Shown piece by piece: positions 8,263 to 16,513 of a stretch of DNA of 51,688 nt. The stretch is from positions 1 to 51,688 of the forward strand of contig CAYGLL010000007.1 of NCBI GenBank assembly GCA_964350935.1. The letters run 5' to 3'. Both the position numbers and the translations under genes were made by a program. The notes beneath the pieces are model-generated. The model was not told where the DNA came from, ran no database searches, and was given only the letters and a program-made list of their open reading frames with translations. The DNA comes from an uncultured Candidatus Saccharibacteria bacterium (GTDB taxonomy: Bacteria > Patescibacteriota > Minisyncoccia > Phycocordibacterales > CAYGLL01). Each line of letters starts with the position of its first letter. Position 1 is the first letter of the stretch.

Positions 8263-9126
8263 TTATTTTTCCTTCAGCATATCTGCGATTCCATCCGAAA
8301 CCGCGCTAAAGGTTCTTTTTCGGTTGGTGAGTTCAAGGAGCATTTCCATTGCCATCTGCATTTCTGACGATCCGTCGTCATCAATATGACACACTGCCAT
8401 AGCAGCCTTATCAAGGGCGGAGAGAGCTTCCTCGTTTTCAGCGATAAGCAAACTGACCTCATCCCTTGTCTGCGTAAACACTTTGAGACTTTCACGCTTT
8501 GCATTGAGTTCCCTGTCCTGAGCGACTGTCCGCTTTGGAAAATTTTCAAGCTCTGTGACTTCGCCCGCTAAGGTTTCAGTCTCTGTGCTTTCAATTCCCA
8601 GTAGAAGTGTGACGATTTGCTCAAGATTTTTTATGCCATTCTTGTAGAGCTCTTCAGCTGCTCCAAGAAAGCGACTGTGAGTGAGTTCACCTTTTCTCAG
8701 CTTTCGCTCGATTACTTCCTGAATATTTCCAAACTTTTCATCGAGGAGTGCGAGCTGGCGAGCGCCTTTTGAGCACCTCACCCGCTTGGTCAACTCTTTC
8801 TGCAACGTGTCGAGATATGCCTTTCGGATTTCATCGAACTCGGCATGAAGTCTCTGGTGATACCGGAGCCGGTAGTCATCTCCTTTTCCCAAAAGCTGGT
8901 AGAGGAAGTTAAACCCGCCGACGCTAATCACCACTCCGGCAACAATAGTTCCAATGACTGGTAGTGCGAGCGCCAGCGATGCCAAGAGCCCTACAACTCC
9001 AACACCCATCGGAATCAACGTACCGGGGTGCTGAATTATTTCACCCAAAACGACTCTGCGAGTAGCACCTTCACCGTAACTTTCAGGTGTAGGCGCCTGT
9101 GCTTGTCTTTCGGTTTTTTTGTTCAT
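8263..9126 (-). CDS. XpaC-like membrane protein (two TM helices plus helical cytoplasmic domain)
   Basis: Architecture (two adjacent TM helices, then a long helical region) and adjacency to telA. Start at ATG 9126 behind AGGAAT; track start is TTG 9150. Confidence 0.4.
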   Translation of the reverse strand: MNKKTERQAQAPTPESYGEGATRRVVLGEIIQHPGTLIPMGVGVVGLLASLALALPVIGTIVAGVVISVGGFNFLYQLLGKGDDYRLRYHQRLHAEFDEIRKAYLDTLQKELTKRVRCSKGARQLALLDEKFGNIQEVIERKLRKGELTHSRFLGAAEELYKNGIKNLEQIVTLLLGIESTETETLAGEVTELENFPKRTVAQDRELNAKRESLKVFTQTRDEVSLLIAENEEALSALDKAAMAVCHIDDDGSSEMQMAMEMLLELTNRKRTFSAVSDGIADMLKEK

Positions 9127-9265
9127 TATTATTCCTACATGGATTTTCAAAAAACAATGTGCAGCTAGTGCACCTTTGACTTATTCTGCACATTATTGCA
9201 ATTTTGTCAAGTATACGTTCTGCCTTTCTGTGGCCTACTTGAGGCCTCATTTACCACTCCTTTAG

Positions 9266-9300
9266 CAAAGAAAAAGGCCTCTCGCATTCACGAGAGGCCT
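9266..9300 (-). terminator. intrinsic terminator after 9309-10886
   Basis: AGGCCTCTCG/CGAGAGGCCT stem followed by TTTTTCTTTG on the minus strand. Confidence 0.75.
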
Positions 9301-9308
9301 TAAAAAAC

Positions 9309-10886
9309 TCAATACACTTCAGTGAGAAGAGTGATCTCCACCCGCCTGAGCCGAAAACCATACGCTCGGTCCGGCTCGTCCGGAAGACGTGGGAGCGGCC
9401 GTGAACCGCCATGCCCGACTGCGTACATTCGGTTGGGATCAACCGAATACGTCGCCTCGAAATACTTAGCGACAGCATCAGCCCGTTCCTTAGAAAGGAT
9501 TTTGCTCGTCTCCTCGTCACCACCAATGTCCGTGTGGCCGCTAACTCCGATTCGAAATGTCGGATAGTGCTTGATCTTTGCAGCGATTCTGTCGAGCTCC
9601 TCTTTTCCTTCAAGTGTAAGCTCTCCTGTTCCGCTCTTGAAGTTGATCGGTTCGATTTTCATCGTTCCAATCGGCTTCTGCATACGCCAAGCAGTTTCAG
9701 AGAGCACGGAGAACCGTGCTTCAATTCCCTGCCCCGTACCTAAAGCGGCAGGAGCAAGATTGGTGAAGCCGAATCTCACTCCAGACTTGTAGAGGTTTTT
9801 GATGAAGTCACTGTTGATGATGTGATACGGATTCTTTTTGGGAATCGGATGCGTAGAAAAGTCTTTCGCATCTATGAGAATCTCAACTGTCGATTCAATC
9901 GTATCAACAAGCCCCTGTTCGCCGGTCTGCCCTTGCGAAGAGATCCCAAACCAACTCTCAGCGTTTTCGGTAAGTGTGACCCACCGAACGCCTTGAATTG
10001 ATTTTTCCGCAACAACAGTCTTGACGTGCATTTCACTCGCAAACTCATTCCGCAAGTCGTCGCTGTTCGAGTTGTAGTATTTCAACACCCGAAAATATGC
10101 CTTCAGGAGGATATCGAGAGTCTCGGGATGTTCCTGAATGATCTTCCGATTGGCGATAGCGACATCAACAACGACACGTTTCGTTTGCTCGGTACCCAGT
10201 AGTTTTTCAACTCCCGGAATTTCGAGCGCTTTTGAAACGTCAGGCTCCCACAACACGGCGATCGATACCTTGCGGTTCTTAAGGAGATCAAGTGCCCCTT
10301 CAGAACCTTCGGTTTCAAGTCGCATTTTTGACGGAAGCGTACGAAGCACCGGAATATCGAAATGAGCGCCGGCAACCTTCAGCAAGTGATGACTCGCGGA
10401 ATTGGGGGTGAATGCAATTTTCTGAATCTTGTTGGTTTTTAAAGCCTCAAGATTCGGAAAAGCGTCTTTGTAGGCGCAAATAGCATCGCCCTTTGACTCA
10501 TCAATGACTGCGATGATCGCACCCGGATACTGAGCTTTAACTGCATTCAGAATATAGGTGTCGACCGTTGCTACGATGAGATCAAACTCGCCTTTCTCAA
10601 GGCGATCCATGCGACTTTTGTAGTCAGCCTTGTCGTCTTCGCAGACGAGAAGGTAACCCTCCCGAAGCATCTCTTTCTTGAGCCGTTGTGAACGCAACGG
10701 GAAATAGCCTGCCCACGAATCAACGCCGATGGTAATGCGACCCTTCGTCGCACGAGCATCGCTCGTTTCAATATCTGCCTTATTCTTGTTACGAGCCTTG
10801 AGGATTGGGGCCCCAAACTTGTAAACGAAGACGCCGATAATACCGACCACCACCGCAATGATGGTTATCAATGTTAGCTTTTTCAT
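9309..10886 (-). CDS. membrane-anchored binding-protein-like (NMT1/TauA-type) :: OmpA_C-like fusion protein
   Basis: N-terminal TM anchor; RITIGVDSWAGYFP... binding-protein body; C-terminal OmpA-like GHTDIGGDEETSKILSKERADAVAKYF...RLRRVEI. Confidence 0.7.
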   Translation of the reverse strand: MKKLTLITIIAVVVGIIGVFVYKFGAPILKARNKNKADIETSDARATKGRITIGVDSWAGYFPLRSQRLKKEMLREGYLLVCEDDKADYKSRMDRLEKGEFDLIVATVDTYILNAVKAQYPGAIIAVIDESKGDAICAYKDAFPNLEALKTNKIQKIAFTPNSASHHLLKVAGAHFDIPVLRTLPSKMRLETEGSEGALDLLKNRKVSIAVLWEPDVSKALEIPGVEKLLGTEQTKRVVVDVAIANRKIIQEHPETLDILLKAYFRVLKYYNSNSDDLRNEFASEMHVKTVVAEKSIQGVRWVTLTENAESWFGISSQGQTGEQGLVDTIESTVEILIDAKDFSTHPIPKKNPYHIINSDFIKNLYKSGVRFGFTNLAPAALGTGQGIEARFSVLSETAWRMQKPIGTMKIEPINFKSGTGELTLEGKEELDRIAAKIKHYPTFRIGVSGHTDIGGDEETSKILSKERADAVAKYFEATYSVDPNRMYAVGHGGSRPLPRLPDEPDRAYGFRLRRVEITLLTEVY

Positions 10887-10911
10887 AGTTGGTAAAGAAC
10901 ACTAACAGCTT

Positions 10912-10939
10912 AGATTACATAAAAAAAGCTTTTTGTCAA
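10912..10939 (-). promoter_or_regulatory. sigma-70-like promoter for 9309-10886
   Basis: Minus sense TTGACA AAAAGCTTTTTTTATG TAATCT (N16). Confidence 0.6.
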
Positions 10940-10962
10940 TATACCGTTCGGACAATTAAACT

Positions 10963-10995
10963 AAAGAAAAAGCGCCCCAAAAGCTTGGGGCGCTT
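10963..10995 (-). terminator. intrinsic terminator after the small ORF of the ATPase operon
   Basis: GCGCCCCAA/TTGGGGCGC stem followed by TTTTTCTTT on the minus strand. Confidence 0.75.
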
Positions 10996-11013
10996 ACTAA
11001 ACTCAGGCAGACA

Positions 11014-11193
11014 CTAACTTTCCTCCTTGTGCTTTTTGTCTTTACCCGCTCCCTTGAGCGCTTCTCCGAGCCGCTTCATCAACGGTTCAATGTCAGGCGC
11101 CTTTTCAGAGCGACGCTTAATTGGTGGCGGAGTAGTTTCCTCAGGACTAAGAGGTGGGGTTGTCTCGCGTTCGGTTCGTTGCTTACGTTTCAT
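11014..11193 (-). CDS. small Lys/Glu/Pro-rich, probably disordered protein (59 aa)
   Basis: ATG 11193 preceded by GAGGTG, which overlaps the ATPase stop codon (GCAGCATAAGAGGTGTTTATG). Followed by terminator 10963-10995. Confidence 0.45.
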   Translation of the reverse strand: MKRKQRTERETTPPLSPEETTPPPIKRRSEKAPDIEPLMKRLGEALKGAGKDKKHKEES

Positions 11194-11202
11194 AAACACC
11201 TC

Positions 11203-12912
11203 TTATGCTGCCGGTTGAACCGTGCTCGCCTTCAGGCATTTCGTAAGAGTCTTTTTGGACTCCTCAACAAGAATTTGGAAGTCGTCGTCGTAGTTTCCGT
11301 CACGTGACTCAACAAATGCACTGTCTGCCGCTGAAACGATGTCATCGAAGGTAATTCCCTCGGGAGTTCCGAGATTTTCAACATTGCGCCTGATTGCTAT
11401 CTCAGTCGCCCGCTCGACAATGTTTGCGATCATTGCTCCACTCAGAACATCGCCAAACGTAAACGGACGATCTTCCTTTTGACCGGCGTTATCAGTGAGC
11501 TCAAGGTCGAAAATCACACGCTTCGGACTGAAGACTTCAGTTGCAGCCTGTGCCGCAAGCCCTGCGAGTTCCAAACCTTCCCGCAGAAGCGTCTTCTTGA
11601 GATGAATCGCGAAGATCTGCCCGGCACCCTTTTGATTCCTCGGACGATCAACTTTCACTTTTCGATCGATACGTCCAGGACGGATAATTGCAGGATCCAA
11701 AACATCGGGACGATTCGTTGCGAGAATGATGAGCGCCGAGGATTCCTCGAGCCCATCCATCTCAGCAAGAAACGTCGGGACAATGGTCTTTTCAACGTCC
11801 GAACTGATACCGCTACCGCGCTTTGAAAGCAGAGCTTCCGCCTCATCGATGAAGATGGTCAGCGGGTAGCCATACTTTTTCTTGAACGCACGAGCAAGAT
11901 CGAAGATCTGTCGGATGACACCTTCAGGTTCGCCGACCCACTTGGTCAACATTTCGGGTCCCTTGATGCAGAGAAATCCGCCCGAAACATCTTTACTCGA
12001 CAAGAGTCGAGCACGTGCTGCTGCTGCACCTTTGGCGAGAAGTGTTTTACCGCAACCGGGAGGTCCGTAAATGAGAATTCCTTTGAGTGGCTTCCGCTTG
12101 TATTTTTTGTACAAGTCAGCGTGCACAATGGGAAACTCGATCGCCTGAATCATGACAGAGACGGCTGCATCCTGCCCACCGATATCCGCCCAGGTAAATT
12201 CGAGTTTTTCACTGAACTCAAACCGAGACTCGTCCTTGCCAATGTTGAGAAGAATGATACTTCCCGACTTATCGAGTACGACACGATCGCCGGCTTCAGG
12301 TGACTGCGTACGTCCCAATAAAACGACGCGGGCATTTCCCTGAAACTCAACCTCAACACGTCCGTTATCGAGAATCCGTTTGATCGTAGCGACCCCGCCC
12401 CAGAGTGAGTCCTCGATGACGTCCACAATCTGAAATGTCTTCATCGAGAGTCGCACTGTGTCTCCGGCCTTAAGACTCTTATCCACAGGAAGTTTCACCT
12501 CAAGCTCTCTGCCTTCATAGGCAACAACAACCGAGATACCCCGATCGAAGAGTTCAAGATCGCACTCACCAAGCACAAGCAGAGGGTCATCGTTTCGGGT
12601 TTCACCGATTCGATACTCGCCTTCAGCTCCGCTGTCAAAATGGACCGTAACCCACCCAGGACGTAGAGAATTCTTAATTGTACCGAGACCCATTTTACTG
12701 CTCTCAAGCTCTGCGCCCGGCCGAACAAAAACTCGAACACTCGGTGCAAAATCCTTTGGAGTCGGATTAAGGAGAACACCCTTGCCAATTCGCAGAACAG
12801 TACCAAGAGCAAACGGCTCGCCGGTAAGCTGGAGTATGCGGGCATGCTGTTTGAGAACCGTATCTCGCGACCTCTCAATTACGTCGCGTAACTGCGCATC
12901 ATGTTCAGTCAT
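11203..12912 (-). CDS. ARC/Mpa/PAN-type AAA+ ATPase (coiled coil + OB-like N-domain + single AAA module)
   Basis: Walker A GPPGCGKT and Walker B IFIDEAE. RGSGISSDVEKTIVPTFLAEMDG and NRPDVLDPAIIRPGRIDRKVKVDRP closely resemble the proteasomal-ATPase family as I recall it. The N-terminus has a short helix followed by ~220 aa of beta-rich sequence. Confidence 0.8.
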   Translation of the reverse strand: MTEHDAQLRDVIERSRDTVLKQHARILQLTGEPFALGTVLRIGKGVLLNPTPKDFAPSVRVFVRPGAELESSKMGLGTIKNSLRPGWVTVHFDSGAEGEYRIGETRNDDPLLVLGECDLELFDRGISVVVAYEGRELEVKLPVDKSLKAGDTVRLSMKTFQIVDVIEDSLWGGVATIKRILDNGRVEVEFQGNARVVLLGRTQSPEAGDRVVLDKSGSIILLNIGKDESRFEFSEKLEFTWADIGGQDAAVSVMIQAIEFPIVHADLYKKYKRKPLKGILIYGPPGCGKTLLAKGAAAARARLLSSKDVSGGFLCIKGPEMLTKWVGEPEGVIRQIFDLARAFKKKYGYPLTIFIDEAEALLSKRGSGISSDVEKTIVPTFLAEMDGLEESSALIILATNRPDVLDPAIIRPGRIDRKVKVDRPRNQKGAGQIFAIHLKKTLLREGLELAGLAAQAATEVFSPKRVIFDLELTDNAGQKEDRPFTFGDVLSGAMIANIVERATEIAIRRNVENLGTPEGITFDDIVSAADSAFVESRDGNYDDDFQILVEESKKTLTKCLKASTVQPAA

Positions 12913-12993
12913 AATATATCTGCCTTTGTTTTGTTAAAGACCCAGGTTTTTTTCGTCGATATGCACCAGGCACATCTTCTGAAAACTAAAGGC

Positions 12994-13021
12994 AAACTAG
13001 CATAAAATTATAAAAAGTCAA
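12994..13021 (-). promoter_or_regulatory. sigma-70-like promoter for the AAA+ ATPase operon
   Basis: Minus sense TTGACT TTTTATAATTTTATGC TAGTTT (N16). Confidence 0.5.
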
Positions 13022-13042
13022 TAGTCCTTACGCCTTCTCACT

Positions 13043-13077
13043 AAAAAGAAAAACCCTCCCCGCTTTTGCGAGGAGGG
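13043..13077 (-). terminator. intrinsic terminator after the vWA gene
   Basis: CCCTCC..GGAGGG stem followed by TTTTTCTTTTT on the minus strand. Confidence 0.7.
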
Positions 13078-13096
13078 TGAAGTGACACGGAACAAC

Positions 13097-13831
13097 TTAC
13101 TTCTGCGGCTTAAAGGAGTCTGACTCGGCAAGAACCGATTCGAGGCCCTTCTTGAGATCTCCGGGAGAGTTTGCATCCCGGTAGTTGATCTTCCCTGGCT
13201 GGTTCAACGAGTGGCCGCCACCGATGCAGAAACCCATCGTGTGAATCACCACGGGTGTCCCCGTGAGGATTTCTTTGACGATCTCACTCGGGTCCTGACC
13301 CATGTTGGCTTCGCCGTCGGTGACAACCACCAGGTGGTACTCACCATAGCCCAGTTGTCGGGCAGCCTGTCGTTTCACCTTCTCGTACGCGAGTGTGATT
13401 GAGTCCTTGAGCGGAGTGTTAGCTCGGGTGTCGGAGACATCGACCGCGCGGTTGAACTCTTTCCGGTTGTTTACGTTAAGAGGTACCCGCTCAGTAATGC
13501 CGTCACCATCGAAGACCAGAAGCCCGAGGTTGTCTTCAGGGTTAAGTCTTGAAGCGAACTCTTTGACGGCCCGCTTCGCAACTGCCGACTTGGACTCGCT
13601 GCCTGAGCAACCGCTGCTCGCCATACTCCCGGAACCGTCGAGAACGATGTAGAAATTTCGCCTCGTCTGTTCCGGATCAAGATCGGTGCTGTCGGTGCCA
13701 TACCACGCCTGCACTCCAAGAGTGCTCGTGCCGGCACTACTGCTCCCCGATCCCGTCGCATCTGCCGAATCTTTGCAGCCTGTAGAGAGGAGTAACCCAA
13801 GAATGAGTGTTGGAAACAGATATCTCATCAT
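13097..13831 (-). CDS. von Willebrand factor A (vWA) domain lipoprotein
   Basis: Lipobox LLLSTGC; MIDAS start FYIVLDGSGSM. Tandem ATGs at 13831/13828 lie right after AGGAGG and the upstream stop codon; the track start 13987 overlaps the upstream gene. Confidence 0.75.
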   Translation of the reverse strand: MMRYLFPTLILGLLLSTGCKDSADATGSGSSSAGTSTLGVQAWYGTDSTDLDPEQTRRNFYIVLDGSGSMASSGCSGSESKSAVAKRAVKEFASRLNPEDNLGLLVFDGDGITERVPLNVNNRKEFNRAVDVSDTRANTPLKDSITLAYEKVKRQAARQLGYGEYHLVVVTDGEANMGQDPSEIVKEILTGTPVVIHTMGFCIGGGHSLNQPGKINYRDANSPGDLKKGLESVLAESDSFKPQK

Positions 13832-13838
13832 GGCCTCC

Positions 13839-15533
13839 TTACTTGGCGGGAGTGAACACCGAGGCTTCGGCCTCGACGGGAACCAAACGGAATACAGCGC
13901 GCATGTTTGAGAGGAATTTCTCCTCGCTGTCAGGCCGCACCGGAATACCGTTCTGCATTCCTGTCTTCGGATTTGAGAACCCGACACCGCTCACGCCGAA
14001 CTGAGACGAATCAAGCGTATGCTTTTTTACGTTTGAAGCGTAATCAAGAACCGCCTGCCGAACGGCTGCGGCTCGTGAGAGAGAAAGGTTCCTTCCGCTC
14101 TGCGCAATCCGTTTGAGCACCGCATCAGGTGCATTGGTCTTTGCCGCATCAACATAGCCTGTTGGGTCGCTATGACCTTCGATACTGATGATCGCTCCGG
14201 CGTACGTAGTCGCAAGCTCAATCACCCGTTCGAAGTCCTCCTTGTAGGCTTCCGCGTCGAACGTTTGTTTGTTCGGCGGGAACTTCACCTCAAAGGTGAC
14301 CACGGCCGCTGCACCGAGCGTGCCGGCAGCGGTTTTCTTCGCGACAAACTGTGCAACCGCTTCCGGCTGGAAACGTGGAGCTTCCGCCATTGAGGTGTTG
14401 AAGAGACCTTGTTTCAGATCATCGTAATTGAGAACGCCATGCTCAAGGAGAACCGTTGACTTCAGGATGTTGAGTTTCATAAAGGCCTGCTGGATCTCAC
14501 TGTTGAGAGCCAGGAAGCCGCGCGGAAACGTCGGATCATTGAAGAACTTCACATTGCCGGGATAGCCGACAAACGTGCAGTCTGCATAGAGTCCTTTCAC
14601 GTCTTCAGTCATGTCCTTGGTGTCGAGAAGCATCAGTGCACTCGCAGGAAGCAGACGATCGAGCTCGGGCTTGCGGGCGGGGTCTTTCATGATTCGTGCG
14701 ACCTGTTCCTCTGCGAGGAGCAGGGCGTGCACAAACTTTTCAACCTCACCGCGATGAGACTCGAAGTACTCCTGACTACACACATAGACGTCGGGAATTG
14801 CCTGATTTGCAGTCAACGTGGAGAAGAGCGAACGAGCGCCCCGCACCGCCTTGTCACCGCTTACCAGTTCCTTGGCATCAGGCGAAATCACAAACGCCGC
14901 GTGGACATTTGGATCTTGCCTGAATGCTGCTCCCGGCGTGTTGTCGGTACCAGTAATGTCTTTGACGTATTTGATCGTAACATCCGTCGGAGAAAGATTT
15001 CCCCGCTTAAGAATCGTCGTGAGAAGATCGAGATGCGGGCCGTAAGCCTGAATCACGATTGTTTTCCCCCGAAGGTCCTCGATGCTGTTGATCCCGCTTT
15101 TAACGACGAGCACATCGCCACCCGATGACCATGTCATCTGGTAGACCGTGACCGGCCGCGTCCGCGGATCCTGATTGAGAAGTTCGGCTGCTTGATTCAA
15201 CATGCCGAGCGTAACCCGCAAGTAAGGACTCTGGCCGCCCATGTATCCCACCAGCTGATTGGTGAACACGTCCTGACGAACGAGCCTGAAGTTCAAGCCC
15301 TGCTTCGCAAAGATCGAGTTGGGCGCCGTGTTAGTGGCACTCCCGTTCCCGAAGATGGTGGCGATATCACCGCCCCACGTGATGATCGGGAGTTGATCCG
15401 CCGGACCGTTCCTGGTATAGGAGCGGACGGGGGTCTTCACGACATCACGAAGCGGCTTCTGTTCGATGTATTGAGCAGCATTAAGCGCGAGCGCCTGAAT
15501 GCAGAGGATAACTAACCACAGGTGTCTTTTCAC
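13839..15533 (-). CDS. secreted binding-protein-like :: OmpA_C-like fusion protein (paralogous architecture to 9309-10886)
   Basis: GTG start behind AGAAAGG; signal peptide; binding-protein-like body; C-terminal IEGHSDPTG...LSLSRAAAVRQAVLDY...MRAVFRLV is OmpA-like. Confidence 0.7.
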   Translation of the reverse strand: MKRHLWLVILCIQALALNAAQYIEQKPLRDVVKTPVRSYTRNGPADQLPIITWGGDIATIFGNGSATNTAPNSIFAKQGLNFRLVRQDVFTNQLVGYMGGQSPYLRVTLGMLNQAAELLNQDPRTRPVTVYQMTWSSGGDVLVVKSGINSIEDLRGKTIVIQAYGPHLDLLTTILKRGNLSPTDVTIKYVKDITGTDNTPGAAFRQDPNVHAAFVISPDAKELVSGDKAVRGARSLFSTLTANQAIPDVYVCSQEYFESHRGEVEKFVHALLLAEEQVARIMKDPARKPELDRLLPASALMLLDTKDMTEDVKGLYADCTFVGYPGNVKFFNDPTFPRGFLALNSEIQQAFMKLNILKSTVLLEHGVLNYDDLKQGLFNTSMAEAPRFQPEAVAQFVAKKTAAGTLGAAAVVTFEVKFPPNKQTFDAEAYKEDFERVIELATTYAGAIISIEGHSDPTGYVDAAKTNAPDAVLKRIAQSGRNLSLSRAAAVRQAVLDYASNVKKHTLDSSQFGVSGVGFSNPKTGMQNGIPVRPDSEEKFLSNMRAVFRLVPVEAEASVFTPAK

Positions 15534-15607
15534 GTGCTGTAACCTTTCTGTTGTTTGTTGTTTACCGTGTATTCAATTGAAAAGAGCATAGAAAATGCCC
15601 TGGTGTC

Positions 15608-15635
15608 ATATTACATAAAAAGCTCTCTATGTCAA
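15608..15635 (-). promoter_or_regulatory. sigma-70-like promoter for the 13839-15533 / vWA operon
   Basis: Minus sense TTGACA TAGAGAGCTTTTTATG TAATAT (N16); overlaps the stop of the upstream gene. Confidence 0.6.
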
Positions 15636-16177
15636 GTATTTCGTGGGTCTGGCGGCCGTGCGTCAAGCATGAGATTTGCTGAAGAAAGTATTAGTTCCTT
15701 TACGCGCTCGGGGTGGTGAGCATCAAGAATCGTAAAAGCCTTATGCTCCCCTGCCGTTTGAACAATAATGTTACCGAACTTCATCATCGTCCCCAAAACA
15801 CCCTTAATTTGAACGGTAATGTCCTGAATCCTATCAAGCCGCAAATTTGATATTTCCCGGTTAAAAAGGCCCTTCTGCTCAACATCAATCATCTGTTTAT
15901 TGGTAATGACCCACACATCTAAATAGTAGTTCGTCCAAATTAAAAACGAAACAACCCAGAGGCACAAAAGCCAGAGTGAATAGAAAAAAGAGAATAAAAT
16001 AAATGGATCGTTAAGATTGAGATTAAATCTGAGGAGGACAAGAGTGACTGCCTCATAAAAAAAGATCGGAGCACCCGCAAGCACAATGATAAAAAAACTC
16101 TCTGAAACAAGCACCCACCAGTGACGTCGTACGGTGGCGACAATTTTCTCGTCCGGATCTAATTTTAAAAAAATCAT
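15632..16177 (-). CDS. bPH_2 (YdbS/YdbT-like) membrane protein
   Basis: N-terminal TM helices followed by a PH-like domain. ATG 16177 avoids overlap with the upstream small ORF. Confidence 0.55.
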   Translation of the reverse strand: MIFLKLDPDEKIVATVRRHWWVLVSESFFIIVLAGAPIFFYEAVTLVLLRFNLNLNDPFILFSFFYSLWLLCLWVVSFLIWTNYYLDVWVITNKQMIDVEQKGLFNREISNLRLDRIQDITVQIKGVLGTMMKFGNIIVQTAGEHKAFTILDAHHPERVKELILSSANLMLDARPPDPRNT

Positions 16178-16184
16178 AAAATAG

Positions 16185-16418
16185 TTAGAGTGCAATGAGC
16201 GAGACAAGTGCTCCTAATACCAGAAACGCGGCAACGCCAAAATAAAGTATCTTTGCAATGTGCTCAACACGTGGATTCATACTGTACTTGCGCCAGTGAT
16301 ACAAATAAATAGAACTCATCACCGCAAAACCGATAATAACAACCGCAAACAAAAGAGGCAGATAAATTGAATTTTGAACTTCACCCAAAAGCTGATTAGC
16401 CTTATCAACTGTACTCAT
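16185..16418 (-). CDS. small two-TM membrane protein, 77 aa
   Basis: ATG ORF with two clear hydrophobic helices, tightly packed upstream of the bPH_2 gene. Confidence 0.45.
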   Translation of the reverse strand: MSTVDKANQLLGEVQNSIYLPLLFAVVIIGFAVMSSIYLYHWRKYSMNPRVEHIAKILYFGVAAFLVLGALVSLIAL

Positions 16419-16463
16419 GTGACTAAGTATATACTCACCCTTTCACCCAAACAACGAATATAC

Positions 16464-16491
16464 AAAACCGCCGTTCCTTTCGGAACGGCGG
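16464..16491 (-). terminator. intrinsic terminator after the RRM gene
   Basis: 10-bp stem CCGCCGTTCC/GGAACGGCGG followed by TTTTG on the minus strand. Confidence 0.7.
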
Positions 16492-16513
16492 CAATGTATC
16501 TAACGTGCGAAGC

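Noticed and set aside
11014-11193. Small disordered protein after the ARC-like ATPase as a Pup/UBact-type tag
   Set aside because: The C-terminus is ..KHKEES, not GGQ/GGE or another Gln/Glu-terminal ligation motif, and no dop/pafA/prcAB genes are in the window. It is kept only as a generic adaptor or regulator hypothesis.
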